64,000 bases of DNA, taken from assembly GCF_056746865.1 (NCBI RefSeq), contig NZ_CM163382.1. One strand, written 5' to 3'. A model generated the notes under the pieces. The model ran no database searches. It was not told the DNA's origin and saw only the letters and a program-made list of their open reading frames with translations. This document shows, piece after piece, positions 50,239-62,644 of the stretch; the stretch's first letter is position 1, and every line of letters starts with the position of its first letter. The position numbers and the translations under genes were made by a program.

Positions 50239-50815
50239 GATAACGGTTCATGTATCCCCTGAGCTGACAGTGTACCGGGTATATTAAGCGTAACCGACAG
50301 GTTCTCCTTCATACCATATTAAATTTTTCCAGGTATTGCCGCTGCCTTATTTCGTCCCATACAGGAAAACTCGTCTGGGTTTCTGACAAATACGCGAAAC
50401 TCACAGCCCCTCAATATCAACCACACGCTGTAAGCCGGTAATACCTGAAAATCAGCCTATTACCGCCCGCGCCTCCGTTACCGAACGCTCAGGTGACCAG
50501 ACTGAAGCCCTGCACGCACTCGTAAAGTTTGCGGTCAGTTCCGTCAGTCGGTGGGCAACCGCAGAGTTACGGGCTTCCAGGTCCACAGGAGTGAGTCTAT
50601 AACGCGTGTGAAAAATCATTTTTTCTGGCGTTGACAGAACACATTACAGGCTGCCACTTACCCGGTGTCCCGCAATACAGCCTTAGTGTTCCGTTATCGG
50701 GGATCCGGACGCACCGCAACAACCGGGGAAGTATTTCTGGTTTAGAGCTGTGTCAAGAGGGATTTCTCAGCCCCTCACTCACCGGCTCAGTCTCAGAGCA
50801 GGAGTGGATTTGCCC

Positions 50816-51721
50816 CTATATTTCCAGACACCTGTTATCACTTAACCCATTACTGGCCCGCTGCCGTAGATATTCCCGTGGCGAGCGATAACCCAGTGCA
50901 CTATGCGGATGCCATTCGTTATAATGCTCGAACGCCTCTGCAAGGTTCTTTGCTGCCGTTAACCCGTCTGGTTTAGGCATGATACTGATGTAGTCACGCT
51001 TTATCGTTTTCACGAAGCTCTCTGCTATGCCGTTACTCTCCGGACTCCGCACCGCCGTGTTCTTCGGTTCAAGCCCCAACATCCGGGCAAACTGCCGTGT
51101 TTCATTAGCCCGGTAGCATGAACCATTATCCGTCAGCCACTCTACTGGAGACGCCGGAAGCTCGTTGCCGAAGCGGCGTTCCACCGCTCCCAGCATTACG
51201 TCCTGTACTGTTTCACTGTCGAAGCCGCCCGTAGTGACTGCCCAGTGCAGTGCCTCACGGTCACAGCAGTCCAGCGCGAACGTGACTCGCAGTTTTTCTC
51301 CGTTATCACAGCGGAACTCGAACCCGTCAGAGCACCATCGTTGATTGCTTTCTTTCACGGCCACTTTGCCAGTATGTGCCCGTTTCGATGGCGGTACAGC
51401 GGTTTTTCGCTCAAGCAACAGCGCATTCTGGCGCATGATCCGGTAAACACGTTTGGCATTGATCGCAGGCATACCATCAAGTTCGGCCTGTCTGCGAAGC
51501 AGCGCCCATACCCGACGATAACCATACGTGGGCAGCTCTCCGATAACATGGTGTATACGGAGAAGCACATCCGTATCATCTGAGTGACGGCTGCGGCGAC
51601 CATCTTTCCAGTCATCGGTTCGTCTGAGAATGACGTGCAACTGCGCACGCGACACCCGGAGACAACGGCTGACTAAGCTTACTCCCCATCCCCGGGCAAT
51701 AAGGGCGCGTGCGCTATCCAC
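50816..51721 (-). CDS. insD: IS2 transposase InsD (orfB)
   Basis: 301-aa [33 protein letters not shown]... Confidence 0.9.
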
Positions 51722-52044
51722 TTTTTTGCACGCCCGTATTCAACGGCTTCTTTAAGGAGTTCATTTTCCATCGTTTTTTTGCCGAGCAGGCGCTGGAGTT
51801 CTTTAATCTGCTTCATGGCAGCAGCAAGTTCAGAGGCAGGAACGACCTGCTCTCCTGCGGCCACAGCAGTAAGACTTCCCTCCTGGTATTGCTTGCGCCA
51901 GAGAAATAACTGGCTGGCTGCCACACCGTGTTGCCGGGCAACAAGGGAGACCGTCATTCCCGGTTCAAAACTCTGCTGAACAATAGCGATCTTTTCCTGT
52001 GTAGTACGCCGTCTGCGTTTCTCCGGTCCTAAGACATCAATCAT
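51679..52044 (-). CDS. insC: IS2 InsC (orfA)
   Basis: 121-aa product from [41 protein letters not shown]... Confidence 0.85.
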
Positions 52045-52696
52045 CTGCTCTCCAATGACTAGTCTAAAAACTAGTATTAAGACTATCACTTATTTAAGTG
52101 ATATTGGTTGTCTGGAGATTCAGGGGGCCAGTCTAGGAGCATTAATACGCTCAGTTCATGTCTTATACAGGAATGGGCACAGGGGGAGCTGGCGTGTCAC
52201 TGCTGATTTTACGCATCAGCGTTCATGTATTTGCACTCTGATACAGAATGCTTCACAGCGCTCTGTTACCGGAGAGATTTACTCTCTTAGCTTACTCTGG
52301 CAAATCCTTTACGTTACTCTCTGATGACTTCTTATATTTATAATACCAATCAGACAGCCTTATCCCATCGGTGATATCAGTCTCCTCCTCGCCAGGAACG
52401 GGCTGACTCACTGTAACCACCTCCGAAAACAACTCTGCAATTATCAGAACGCTAGTTTTCCCCTTGTCTCACGAAAGTCCTCCCTCCTTTATCGCGCGTG
52501 CGTGCGGAAGCATCTTTTCGCAACAACCCCCCGGGATTCCGCTACGGCTCTGCCATCGCAATCCCCCCGTTTATCTCCGGACAGCCACATTCCCGATTAT
52601 TTTTTACGTTTCTCCCCGGTTGTTATGCCAGTGAAGGTGGCGCGCTGTTTTCATGACCACACCGGCTGGTTTAACAACATCCGGAGGAACATTCTC

Positions 52697-52870
52697 ATGG
52701 CTACCCCTGTTTCGCTGATGGATGACCAGATGGTCGACATGGCGTTTATCACTCAACTTACCGGCTTAACCGATAAGTGGTTTTACAAACTCATCAAAGA
52801 TGGGGGCTTTCCTGCCCCCATCAAAATGGGGCGCAGCTCCCGCTGGCTGAAAAGTGAAGTGGAAGCCTGG
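52697..52870 (+). CDS. AlpA-family (P4 Vis-like) phage regulatory protein, 3' end interrupted by IS
   Basis: MATPVSLMDDQMVDMAFITQLTGLTDKWFYKLIKDGGFPAPIKMGRSSRWLKSEVEAW; reads into the IS terminus at 52871. Confidence 0.65.
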
Positions 52871-54168
<1,298 letters not shown>

Positions 54169-54243
54169 TGACCGTTATCCGTTCACCCGCAGCAGACGTA
54201 ATCTCCGGCCTGCCGGCGGCATTCTGCTGCCTGTTATATCCCC

Positions 54244-54861
54244 GTGAGGAATATGAAAATGAAACAACAGTATCAGACCCGCTACGAATGGCTCCACGAA
54301 AGCTACCAGAAATGGCTGACCGGCTTCACCCGGCACGCCGTATCCTGGGGCGTGTGTCATCCGAATATCTACTACTTCCATAATCTGACGCCCGGTTGGG
54401 TGTCATTCAATGGTGAAAAACCGGAGATTGCCATCGTACCCCAGAGCCTGCACCGGCTGATTTATGGCCCTGACAAACGGGCCACACCGCCCCTGGATGA
54501 TGATCTGATAGTGAATTTATGCACCAGTGAACATCTGCTGGTTCATCATCCGATGCTGGAAGGCATTCTCCTGTCTGAATGTGAACGTCTGAGGCAGCGT
54601 TCTCTGGCAAATAAACTGATCAGCCTCTTCCGTCAGTTTGGTGGCACGGAGTTGCGCCTCAAACTGGTCTGGCTTTGCTGGCTTGATTTAATGACCGGAA
54701 ACTGCCTTGACGACTGGACGGAGAATCTGAAACGGAAATCAGAAAAAGAGCTGGAGGAATGGATCATCAACCGTCAGAAGCAGAGCGCAGCACTGACGGA
54801 TCTGATGGATCAGTACGTGCTCCTGTCATACCGCACAACGGTTGACGATAAGCGCACCTGA
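54244..54861 (+). CDS. Hypothetical protein (205 aa)
   Basis: Intact ORF downstream of the alpA-like gene; no recognisable motif. Confidence 0.55.
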   Translation: MRNMKMKQQYQTRYEWLHESYQKWLTGFTRHAVSWGVCHPNIYYFHNLTPGWVSFNGEKPEIAIVPQSLHRLIYGPDKRATPPLDDDLIVNLCTSEHLLVHHPMLEGILLSECERLRQRSLANKLISLFRQFGGTELRLKLVWLCWLDLMTGNCLDDWTENLKRKSEKELEEWIINRQKQSAALTDLMDQYVLLSYRTTVDDKRT

Positions 54862-55083
54862 TGCCAGTTGTTTCAGGGAAGCTGGTATCCGGGCAGGGTG
54901 CCAGGGCTGACTGAACGGCCTGTCTGCCTGCCGTTTCGCTCTCCGTGCGTTCTGTCACACGCTGCACCTGAACGCCGGACTGCGGGCACGCAGACAGGAA
55001 AGTCGCAGGCTGGAACTTCTGACCGGCGGGTATCAGTTATATGCCTGTTGATTCATCACCACCACGCAGCTCCTGAGCTTTAG

Positions 55084-55123
55084 TTCATCACCGATATTCA
55101 TACATCTGAATATCGGTGATGAA
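55084..55123. repeat. Perfect inverted repeat, 17-bp arms with 6-bp spacer
   Basis: TTCATCACCGATATTCA tacatc TGAATATCGGTGATGAA in the convergent intergenic region. Confidence 0.9.
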
Positions 55124-55182
55124 ATCCCCATAATAATCAATCATCTAAGTCTGAAGCATAATGGAGAAAAACTGCTCACCGG

Positions 55183-56667
55183 TTACTTCGCTCTCAGCTT
55201 ATTGTAGTGATAACCCGAGGTAAAAATACCAGAGACATCAGACAACTTTAAACTGGCTATCTGGGGAAGCAGAACATACATGGTTTTTCCTTCCGGCACG
55301 ACAGAAAGCCTGAACTGAGATTCAAGAATGTTCAGCAATGCGTTCAGTTTTTTCCTGTTTCTGAACCGGCCCGGGCCACACTGGAGAATATAATTTTTCC
55401 TGACACGGGGCGGGCATTCTCCGCGGCACTCCTCAATGAGCCAGTCGAACAGCTCCTCGGCGTCCTTCTGCTGCAGTTCAGATTCATCAGGTAACGCAAA
55501 TAATTTTTTATATTCATCTGTGTACCACGAACTTATTACGACAGCAGACGTCATGATATCGGCAGAGATTTTCCCTTCACCATAGCTGAAATACTGAAAT
55601 AACGCTGCAATTCTTGCAATGTTTTCTGTTTTTTTTGAAACATGTCCCCGAAACGGGCTTAAGGGTCCGGAAGGGGATAAATCCTGCTCCAGAACATTAT
55701 AGTGCTCAATAAATATTTTTTGCGCTTCAGGCGAAAAATGCAGACAATACCGTTCATCCTCACTGGATTTTTCAATACTGCCTCTGGCCAGTTCCATTAA
55801 TCGTTCATGAAATGCCGTTAATGATCCTCCCGGAATCACAGCTCCGTTAATAAAGCGTTTCCCCTGCGTGGTTGCAGGTTTACTGATAAGACAACGGGCA
55901 AGAAAACCACTGTCCCTGGCAACAGAACCTTTTCGCTCCATATATCGGTCAAAAAGACCGGGTTGCACCATGAGGGATAACGTCATTCTGGCATTTTCAA
56001 TCATCTGTTCGGGTTCATTCTTTCTGTCCACAGACAATACAGAGCCATCCCACATTTTGTTAATAAAAGGCAACTCAGACAGGGTATATCCATCAAATAT
56101 AATACCGGCTTCATCTGACATAATACCAACTGAACGCCATTTACCACAAAGCTGATTCTTAATTGCCGCAGTCGTGGCATCATTAAAAATGAATTTATAC
56201 CTCACAGGTTCTTCCGCACTGTTTTTCTGAAGTACTTCCAGTTGTCTGAGGGTTTCTGACTCATCCGCGCCTTTGCGGAGTTCTTTATTCAGTTTTGACA
56301 ACAATGCTTTTTTCTGAGCCTTTAAAAGCTCTTCCTTGTTTTTCCAGACAGCCAGTTCACTTTTGTATCTGGAATATAACTGCATCTCCTGCTGGTACAG
56401 GGGCTTCATTAATAATTTGTCCACTGCGGTTTTTCGTTCTCCGGACTCGGCAAGCGTCAGGAAAAAAAGAGAGACCGGCCCCCGCAGTGTATTCAGTCTG
56501 CAGACATCAATCAGATTCTGGCAGACAAGTGAAACAGCGCCCAGGGCAGACGCTGCCACAAGCCCAAGGGGAGCCTGCGTAATTTGCTGAGCTTCAATAA
56601 CGGCATCACGAATGAGTGGAGGCAGCGAACTCAGGGGAAACTCATCACAAGGCTGACCGAATGACAT
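55183..56667 (-). CDS. Hypothetical protein (about 494 aa), possibly DUF3987/YfjI-like
   Basis: Long intact ORF; start taken at MSFGQPCDEFPLSSLPPLIRDA; family assignment is recollection only. Confidence 0.45.
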   Translation of the reverse strand: MSFGQPCDEFPLSSLPPLIRDAVIEAQQITQAPLGLVAASALGAVSLVCQNLIDVCRLNTLRGPVSLFFLTLAESGERKTAVDKLLMKPLYQQEMQLYSRYKSELAVWKNKEELLKAQKKALLSKLNKELRKGADESETLRQLEVLQKNSAEEPVRYKFIFNDATTAAIKNQLCGKWRSVGIMSDEAGIIFDGYTLSELPFINKMWDGSVLSVDRKNEPEQMIENARMTLSLMVQPGLFDRYMERKGSVARDSGFLARCLISKPATTQGKRFINGAVIPGGSLTAFHERLMELARGSIEKSSEDERYCLHFSPEAQKIFIEHYNVLEQDLSPSGPLSPFRGHVSKKTENIARIAALFQYFSYGEGKISADIMTSAVVISSWYTDEYKKLFALPDESELQQKDAEELFDWLIEECRGECPPRVRKNYILQCGPGRFRNRKKLNALLNILESQFRLSVVPEGKTMYVLLPQIASLKLSDVSGIFTSGYHYNKLRAK

Positions 56668-57897
56668 AGTAACCTCACTATACACAGATATAAAAGCACT
56701 GCAATTCTGGCTATTAATAGCAAAAATAGCAGTCAAATCAATATGAGGTAAAATTTTTTGTTGATTTAATGGTTAAATAATAACCACAGTGTATTTTGCT
56801 GCTGAAGAAAGACAAAATGAATCTGTGTGTCCCCTCCTTCCCTTCGGAGCACATCCACTATTCAAATTTTACACAACCACGTACGAACAAAAAGCATCAT
56901 CCCGGGTATTGCAGATACCGGTTTCCTGCCGGGAAGAATCATAAACAGAACACCGGGAATAACGCCTTCAGGAATCACCCCCCCTCCTGAAGAAGAATAA
57001 AATAAAGAAGACTACAGTTCCTGCACTGAATGCTGAGTACAATATTTTATGGACAGGATGACATTTTTATAAATAACAAAAACCATTTAATACTGATACA
57101 TCAATAAAATACTTCTTCCCTGCTGACACAGATAAAATGCACCATTTTTTCTTCAAATACTTCTGTATAATCGCCAGCCAATGATGAGAATGGATTAAAA
57201 TAACACTTCTTCGACAAACACAAAAACAGCCTTCATTTTACATCATCATCCAGTTTCAGTTAACCCCGGACGAGCGACAGTGTTTCAGTACAGGAATTAA
57301 AAGCCAGCTTTTGCTCAGTAAAACACACTCAACTAATAATATCTCAGCAGATATTATCCTGACCAGGACACCTCACATTACTGAATTCTCTTCCGACAGT
57401 ATCACTGCACAAATAAAAAAGAACGGGATAAATATTCAGACCGGAAGAATGGTGTCACAAAAGCATTTAATCATTACGCATGACCAGGAAGGGAAACACT
57501 TAACCACATGGTATCAACAGATATCATTACGTGTGCACTCTTATAAAAAACACACAGAAGAAGTAAGATAATTATAAACGTAAATTTAATATCTCCCACT
57601 GACATCTCCCCCACAATACACTAAAAAATACTCACAGCAGTAAACACAGATACACCTGATAATCATACAGCCGATAAATATTTTCCCCTTTACGGAGAAA
57701 TCAGCCTGCTGTTTAACAATAACGGCGTATTTTCATGGAAGGAGATCACCCAGTAACGGATAAGTCCTGATCTCCTTCATGTTAATACGCAACAATCCCA
57801 TCGATTCAAAACAATTTCAGACAGATATTATCTCCGTGAATCCCCCGCCACCTTTCCGGTGCGCGGGGTTTTGTCTTTTTTCACCGGGAATACATGT

Positions 57898-58770
57898 ATG
57901 AATCCGTCTGATGCCATTGAGGCAATTGAAAAACCGCTCTCCTCCCTGCCTTACTCACTTTCCCGTCACATCCTGGAACATCTGCGCAAACTCACCAGTC
58001 ACGAACCCGTGATTGGCATTATGGGTAAAAGCGGGGCCGGTAAATCCTCACTCTGTAATGCACTGTTTCAGGGGGAGGTCACCCCGGTCAGTGATGTTCA
58101 CGCCGGCACCCGGGAAGTGCGGCGCTTCCGTCTGAGTGGCCACGGTCACAGCATGGTTATCACTGACCTGCCCGGGGTGGGCGAGAGCCGGGACAGGGAT
58201 GCAGAGTATGAAGCCCTGTACCGTGACATTCTGCCCGAACTGGACCTGGTGCTGTGGCTGATTAAAGCCGATGACCGCGCCCTGTCTGTGGATGAGTATT
58301 TCTGGCGACACATCCTGCACCGGGGACATCAGCAGGTGCTGTTTGTGGTGACGCAGGCCGACAAAACGGAGCCCTGCCATGAATGGGATATGGCCGGCAT
58401 TCAGCCTTCTCCCGCACAGGCACAGAACATTCGGGAGAAAACGGAGGCGGTATTCCGTCTGTTCCGGCCCGTACATCCGGTTGTTGCCGTATCGGCCCGC
58501 ACCGGCTGGGAACTGGATACGCTGGTCAGTGCGCTAATGACAGCACTTCCCGACCATGCCGCCAGTCCCCTGATGACCCGCCTGCAGGACGAGCTGCGCA
58601 CGGAATCTGTCCGCGCTCAGGCCCGTGAACAGTTTACCGGTGCGGTGGACCGGATATTTGACACGGCGGAGAGCGTCTGTGTTGCCTCTGTTGCCCGTAC
58701 GGTTCTGCGTGCCGTCCGTGACACGGTGGTCTCTGTTGCCCGCGCTGTATGGAACTGGATTTTCTTCTGA
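57898..58770 (+). CDS. YeeP/YfjP/YkfA-family GTPase (50S ribosome-binding GTPase fold)
   Basis: G1 motif GKSGAGKSS, G3-like DLPG; start at MNPSDAIEAIEK. Confidence 0.8.
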   Translation: MNPSDAIEAIEKPLSSLPYSLSRHILEHLRKLTSHEPVIGIMGKSGAGKSSLCNALFQGEVTPVSDVHAGTREVRRFRLSGHGHSMVITDLPGVGESRDRDAEYEALYRDILPELDLVLWLIKADDRALSVDEYFWRHILHRGHQQVLFVVTQADKTEPCHEWDMAGIQPSPAQAQNIREKTEAVFRLFRPVHPVVAVSARTGWELDTLVSALMTALPDHAASPLMTRLQDELRTESVRAQAREQFTGAVDRIFDTAESVCVASVARTVLRAVRDTVVSVARAVWNWIFF

Positions 58771-58884
58771 ACAGTCTGCCAGGGAAATGCCTGATAACAT
58801 TACGTTAACCAACTGAAAACATGACACAAACCCCTCATACTCCTCCTGTTTCTCTTGCGTGACCGCCTTGTCGTTAATAGAATA

Positions 58885-58928
58885 AAACGATCGATAAAAC
58901 AGGTATCGATCGTTGCTATCGATCGTTT
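58885..58928. promoter_or_regulatory. agn43 phase-variation switch: three GATC (Dam) sites in the expected OxyR-binding region
   Basis: GATC at 58889, 58908 and 58921 within AACGATCGATAAAACAGGTATCGATCGTTGCTATCGATCG. Confidence 0.7.
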
Positions 58929-59083
58929 ATAGTGGTTAATGGTCTGCGAAAAGGCAGCTGAATCTCTTCATCATGCAGAACGGAATTGCACACAACGGAC
59001 TGATACTTCTCTGGCGGATGAGAGAGGGGAAGCATTTATGTCCGGGAAAAACCACTTTATCTGAGCATGCTGTTTTGTACCTG

Positions 59084-59116
59084 CCGGTATCCACATTTGT
59101 GGGTACCGGCTTTTTT
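59084..59116 (+). terminator. Terminator-like hairpin plus T6 in the flu leader
   Basis: CCGGTATCCACA-tt-TGTGGGTACCGG then CTTTTTT, ending 26 nt before the flu ATG. Confidence 0.6.
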
Positions 59117-59141
59117 ATTCACCCTCTGTAAGGAAAAGCTG

Positions 59142-62100
59142 ATGAAACGACATCTGAACACCAGCTACAGGCTGGTATGGAATCACATTACGGGCACCCT
59201 GGTGGTGGCCTCCGAACTGGCCCGCTCACGGGGAAAACGCGCTGGTGTGGCGGTTGCGCTGTCTCTTGCTGCTGTCACATCAGTCCCGGCACTGGCTGCT
59301 GACAAGGTTGTACAGGCGGGAGAAACCGTGAACGACGGAACACTGACAAATCATGACAACCAGATTGTCCTCGGTACGGCCAACGGAATGACCATCAGTA
59401 CCGGTCTGGAGTATGGGCCGGATAACGAGGCCAATACCGGCGGACAATGGATACAAAATGGCGGTATCGCCAACAACACTACTGTCACCGGTGGTGGTCT
59501 TCAGAGAGTGAATGCCGGAGGAAGCGTTTCAGACACGGTTATCAGTGCCGGAGGCGGACAGAGCCTTCAGGGGCAGGCAGTGAACACCACTCTGAACGGC
59601 GGTGAGCAGTGGGTACATGAAGGCGGGATTGCAACGGGTACCGTCATTAATGAGAAGGGCTGGCAGGCCATCAAATCCGGCGCAGTGGCAACCGACACGG
59701 TTGTGAATACCGGCGCGGAAGGGGGACCGGATGCGGAAAATGGTGATACCGGGCAGACCGTCTACGGAGATGCCGTACGCACCACCATCAATAAAAATGG
59801 TCGTCAGATTGTGGCTGCTGAAGGAACGGCAAATACCACTGTGGTTTATGCCGGCGGCGACCAGACTGTACATGGTCACGCACTGGATACCACGCTGAAT
59901 GGGGGGTACCAGTATGTGCACAACGGCGGTACGGCGTCTGGCACTGTTGTAAACAGTGACGGCTGGCAGATTGTCAAAAACGGGGGTGTGGCCGGGAATA
60001 CCACCGTTAATCAGAAGGGCAGACTGCAGGTGGACGCCGGTGGTACAGCCACGAATGTCACCCTGAAGCAGGGCGGCGCACTGGTTACCAGTACGGCTGC
60101 AACCGTTACCGGCATAAACCGCCTGGGAGCATTCTCTGTTGTGGAGGGTAAAGCTGATAATGTCGTACTGGAAAATGGCGGACGCCTGGATGTGCTGACC
60201 GGACACACAGCCACTAATACCCGCGTGGATGATGGCGGAACGCTGGATGTCCGCAACGGTGGCACCGCCACCACCGTATCCATGGGAAATGGCGGTGTAC
60301 TGCTGGCCGATTCCGGTGCCGCTGTCAGTGGTACCCGGAGCGACGGAAAGGCATTCAGTATCGGAGGCGGTCAGGCGGATGCCCTGATGCTGGAAAAAGG
60401 CAGTTCATTCACGCTGAACGCCGGTGATACGGCCACGGATACCACGGTAAATGGCGGACTGTTCACCGCCAGGGGCGGCACACTGGCGGGCACCACCACG
60501 CTGAATAACGGCGCCATACTTACCCTTTCCGGGAAGACGGTGAACAACGATACCCTGACCATCCGTGAAGGCGATGCACTCCTGCAGGGAGGCTCTCTCA
60601 CCGGTAACGGCAGCGTGGAAAAATCAGGAAGTGGCACACTCACTGTCAGCAACACCACACTCACCCAGAAAGCCGTCAACCTGAATGAAGGCACGCTGAC
60701 GCTGAACGACAGTACCGTCACCACGGATGTCATTGCTCAGCGCGGTACAGCCCTGAAGCTGACCGGCAGCACTGTGCTGAACGGTGCCATTGACCCCACG
60801 AATGTCACTCTCGCCTCTGGTGCCACCTGGAATATTCCCGATAACGCCACGGTGCAGTCGGTGGTGGATGACCTCAGCCATGCCGGACAGATTCATTTCA
60901 CCTCCACCCGCACAGGGAAGTTCGTACCGGCAACCCTGAAAGTGAAAAACCTGAACGGACAGAATGGCACCATCAGCCTGCGTGTACGCCCGGATATGGC
61001 ACAGAACAATGCTGACAGACTGGTCATTGACGGTGGCAGGGCAACCGGAAAAACCATCCTGAACCTGGTGAACGCCGGCAACAGTGCGTCGGGGCTGGCG
61101 ACCAGCGGTAAGGGTATTCAGGTGGTGGAAGCCATTAACGGTGCCACCACGGAGGAAGGGGCCTTTATCCAGGGGAATAAGCTGCAGGCCGGTGCCTTTA
61201 ACTACTCCCTCAACCGGGACAGTGATGAGAGCTGGTATCTGCGCAGTGAAAATGCTTATCGTGCTGAAGTCCCCCTGTATACATCCATGCTGACACAGGC
61301 AATGGACTATGACCGGATTCTGGCAGGCTCCCGCAGCCATCAGACCGGTGTAAACGGTGAAAATAACAGCGTCCGTCTCAGCATTCAGGGCGGTCATCTC
61401 GGTCACGATAACAACGGCGGTATTGCCCGTGGAGCCACGCCGGAAAGCAGCGGCAGCTATGGCTTCGTCCGTCTGGAGGGTGACCTGCTCAGAACAGAGG
61501 TTGCCGGTATGTCTCTGACGACAGGGGTGTATGGTGCCGCAGGCCATTCTTCCGTTGATGTTAAGGATGATGACGGTTCCCGCGCCGGCACGGTCCGGGA
61601 TGATGCCGGCAGCCTGGGCGGATACCTGAATCTGACACACACGTCCTCCGGCCTGTGGGCTGACATTGTGGCACAGGGAACCCGCCACAGCATGAAAGCG
61701 TCATCGGACAATAACGACTTCCGCGCCCGGGGCTGGGGCTGGCTGGGCTCACTGGAAACCGGTCTGCCCTTCAGTATCACTGACAACCTGATGCTGGAGC
61801 CACAACTGCAGTATACCTGGCAGGGACTTTCCCTGGATGACGGCCAGGATAACGCCGGTTATGTGAAGTTCGGGCATGGCAGTGCACAACATGTGCGTGC
61901 CGGTTTCCGTCTGGGCAGCCACAACGATATGAGCTTTGGTGAAGGCACCTCATCCCGTGACACCCTGCGCGACAGTGCAAAACACCGTGTGCGTGAACTG
62001 CCGGTGAACTGGTGGGTACAGCCTTCTGTTATCCGCACTTTCAGCTCCCGGGGTGACATGAGCATGGGTACAGCCGCAGCCGGCAGTAACATGACGTTCT

Positions 62101-62261
62101 CACCGTCCCGGAATGGCACGTCACTGGACCTGCAGGCCGGACTGGAAGCCCGTGTCCGGGAAAATATCACCCTGGGCGTTCAGGCCGGTTATGCCCACAG
62201 TGTCAGCGGCAGCAGCGCTGAAGGTTATAACGGTCAGGCCACGCTGAATGTGACTTTCTGA
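59142..62261 (+). CDS. flu: Antigen 43 self-associating autotransporter
   Basis: 1039-aa product from [25 protein letters not shown] (extended autotransporter signal), repetitive Gly/Thr/Asn-rich beta-helix passenger, C-terminal beta-barrel ending in F. Confidence 0.9.
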   Translation: MKRHLNTSYRLVWNHITGTLVVASELARSRGKRAGVAVALSLAAVTSVPALAADKVVQAGETVNDGTLTNHDNQIVLGTANGMTISTGLEYGPDNEANTGGQWIQNGGIANNTTVTGGGLQRVNAGGSVSDTVISAGGGQSLQGQAVNTTLNGGEQWVHEGGIATGTVINEKGWQAIKSGAVATDTVVNTGAEGGPDAENGDTGQTVYGDAVRTTINKNGRQIVAAEGTANTTVVYAGGDQTVHGHALDTTLNGGYQYVHNGGTASGTVVNSDGWQIVKNGGVAGNTTVNQKGRLQVDAGGTATNVTLKQGGALVTSTAATVTGINRLGAFSVVEGKADNVVLENGGRLDVLTGHTATNTRVDDGGTLDVRNGGTATTVSMGNGGVLLADSGAAVSGTRSDGKAFSIGGGQADALMLEKGSSFTLNAGDTATDTTVNGGLFTARGGTLAGTTTLNNGAILTLSGKTVNNDTLTIREGDALLQGGSLTGNGSVEKSGSGTLTVSNTTLTQKAVNLNEGTLTLNDSTVTTDVIAQRGTALKLTGSTVLNGAIDPTNVTLASGATWNIPDNATVQSVVDDLSHAGQIHFTSTRTGKFVPATLKVKNLNGQNGTISLRVRPDMAQNNADRLVIDGGRATGKTILNLVNAGNSASGLATSGKGIQVVEAINGATTEEGAFIQGNKLQAGAFNYSLNRDSDESWYLRSENAYRAEVPLYTSMLTQAMDYDRILAGSRSHQTGVNGENNSVRLSIQGGHLGHDNNGGIARGATPESSGSYGFVRLEGDLLRTEVAGMSLTTGVYGAAGHSSVDVKDDDGSRAGTVRDDAGSLGGYLNLTHTSSGLWADIVAQGTRHSMKASSDNNDFRARGWGWLGSLETGLPFSITDNLMLEPQLQYTWQGLSLDDGQDNAGYVKFGHGSAQHVRAGFRLGSHNDMSFGEGTSSRDTLRDSAKHRVRELPVNWWVQPSVIRTFSSRGDMSMGTAAAGSNMTFSPSRNGTSLDLQAGLEARVRENITLGVQAGYAHSVSGSSAEGYNGQATLNVTF

Positions 62262-62283
62262 TAATCAGGTCACTCTCCTTCAG

Positions 62284-62311
62284 GCCCCGGTCATCATGAC
62301 CGGGGCTTTTT
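62284..62311 (+). terminator. Intrinsic terminator after flu
   Basis: CCCCGGTCAT-c-ATGACCGGGG followed by CTTTTT. Confidence 0.65.
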
Positions 62312-62331
62312 ACTTTCAGGGAGCAACAGAT

Positions 62332-62490
62332 ATGCCGGGTTGTACATCACGTTTATTGCCCGAAGGCCCTTTCTCACGCGAACAGGCTGTTGCCGTCAAA
62401 ACAGCTTACCGCAATGTGTTTACTGAAGATGACCAGGGAACATATTCCCGGCTGGTTATCCGTAATGCTGAAGGTCAGTTGCGCTGGTGA
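62332..62490 (+). CDS. Small hypothetical protein (52 aa)
   Basis: ATG 8 nt after [41 protein letters not shown]...; ORF track start 62296 lies inside the terminator. Confidence 0.4.
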   Translation: MPGCTSRLLPEGPFSREQAVAVKTAYRNVFTEDDQGTYSRLVIRNAEGQLRW

Positions 62491-62644
62491 TGCTGGAACA
62501 CAGCTTAATACTCAGCTCGCCAGTTAAGGGCTTCTCAGACAATAAACGTCATTCATTTCATCTGTCAGGCCGCGTCTTCTCCGGGAGACGTGGCTTTTTC
62601 ATTTATTACACCAGTAAATCGTAACCACCGATAAGGAGCAAATT

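Larger units (their letters stand above)
50805..52135 (-). mobile_element. IS2 (1331 bp)
   Basis: Ends TGGATTTGCCCCTATATTTCCAGACACCTG... and ...TTCAGGGGGCCAGTCTA; flanked by GGAG at both junctions. Confidence 0.9.

Noticed and set aside
50631-50891. 86-aa ORF
   Set aside because: Reads across the IS2 terminus at 50805; not a native gene.
59529-61786. Long minus-strand ORFs (225, 354, 109 aa) opposite flu
   Set aside because: Produced by the repetitive Gly/Thr-rich passenger-domain sequence; antisense to a strongly supported gene.
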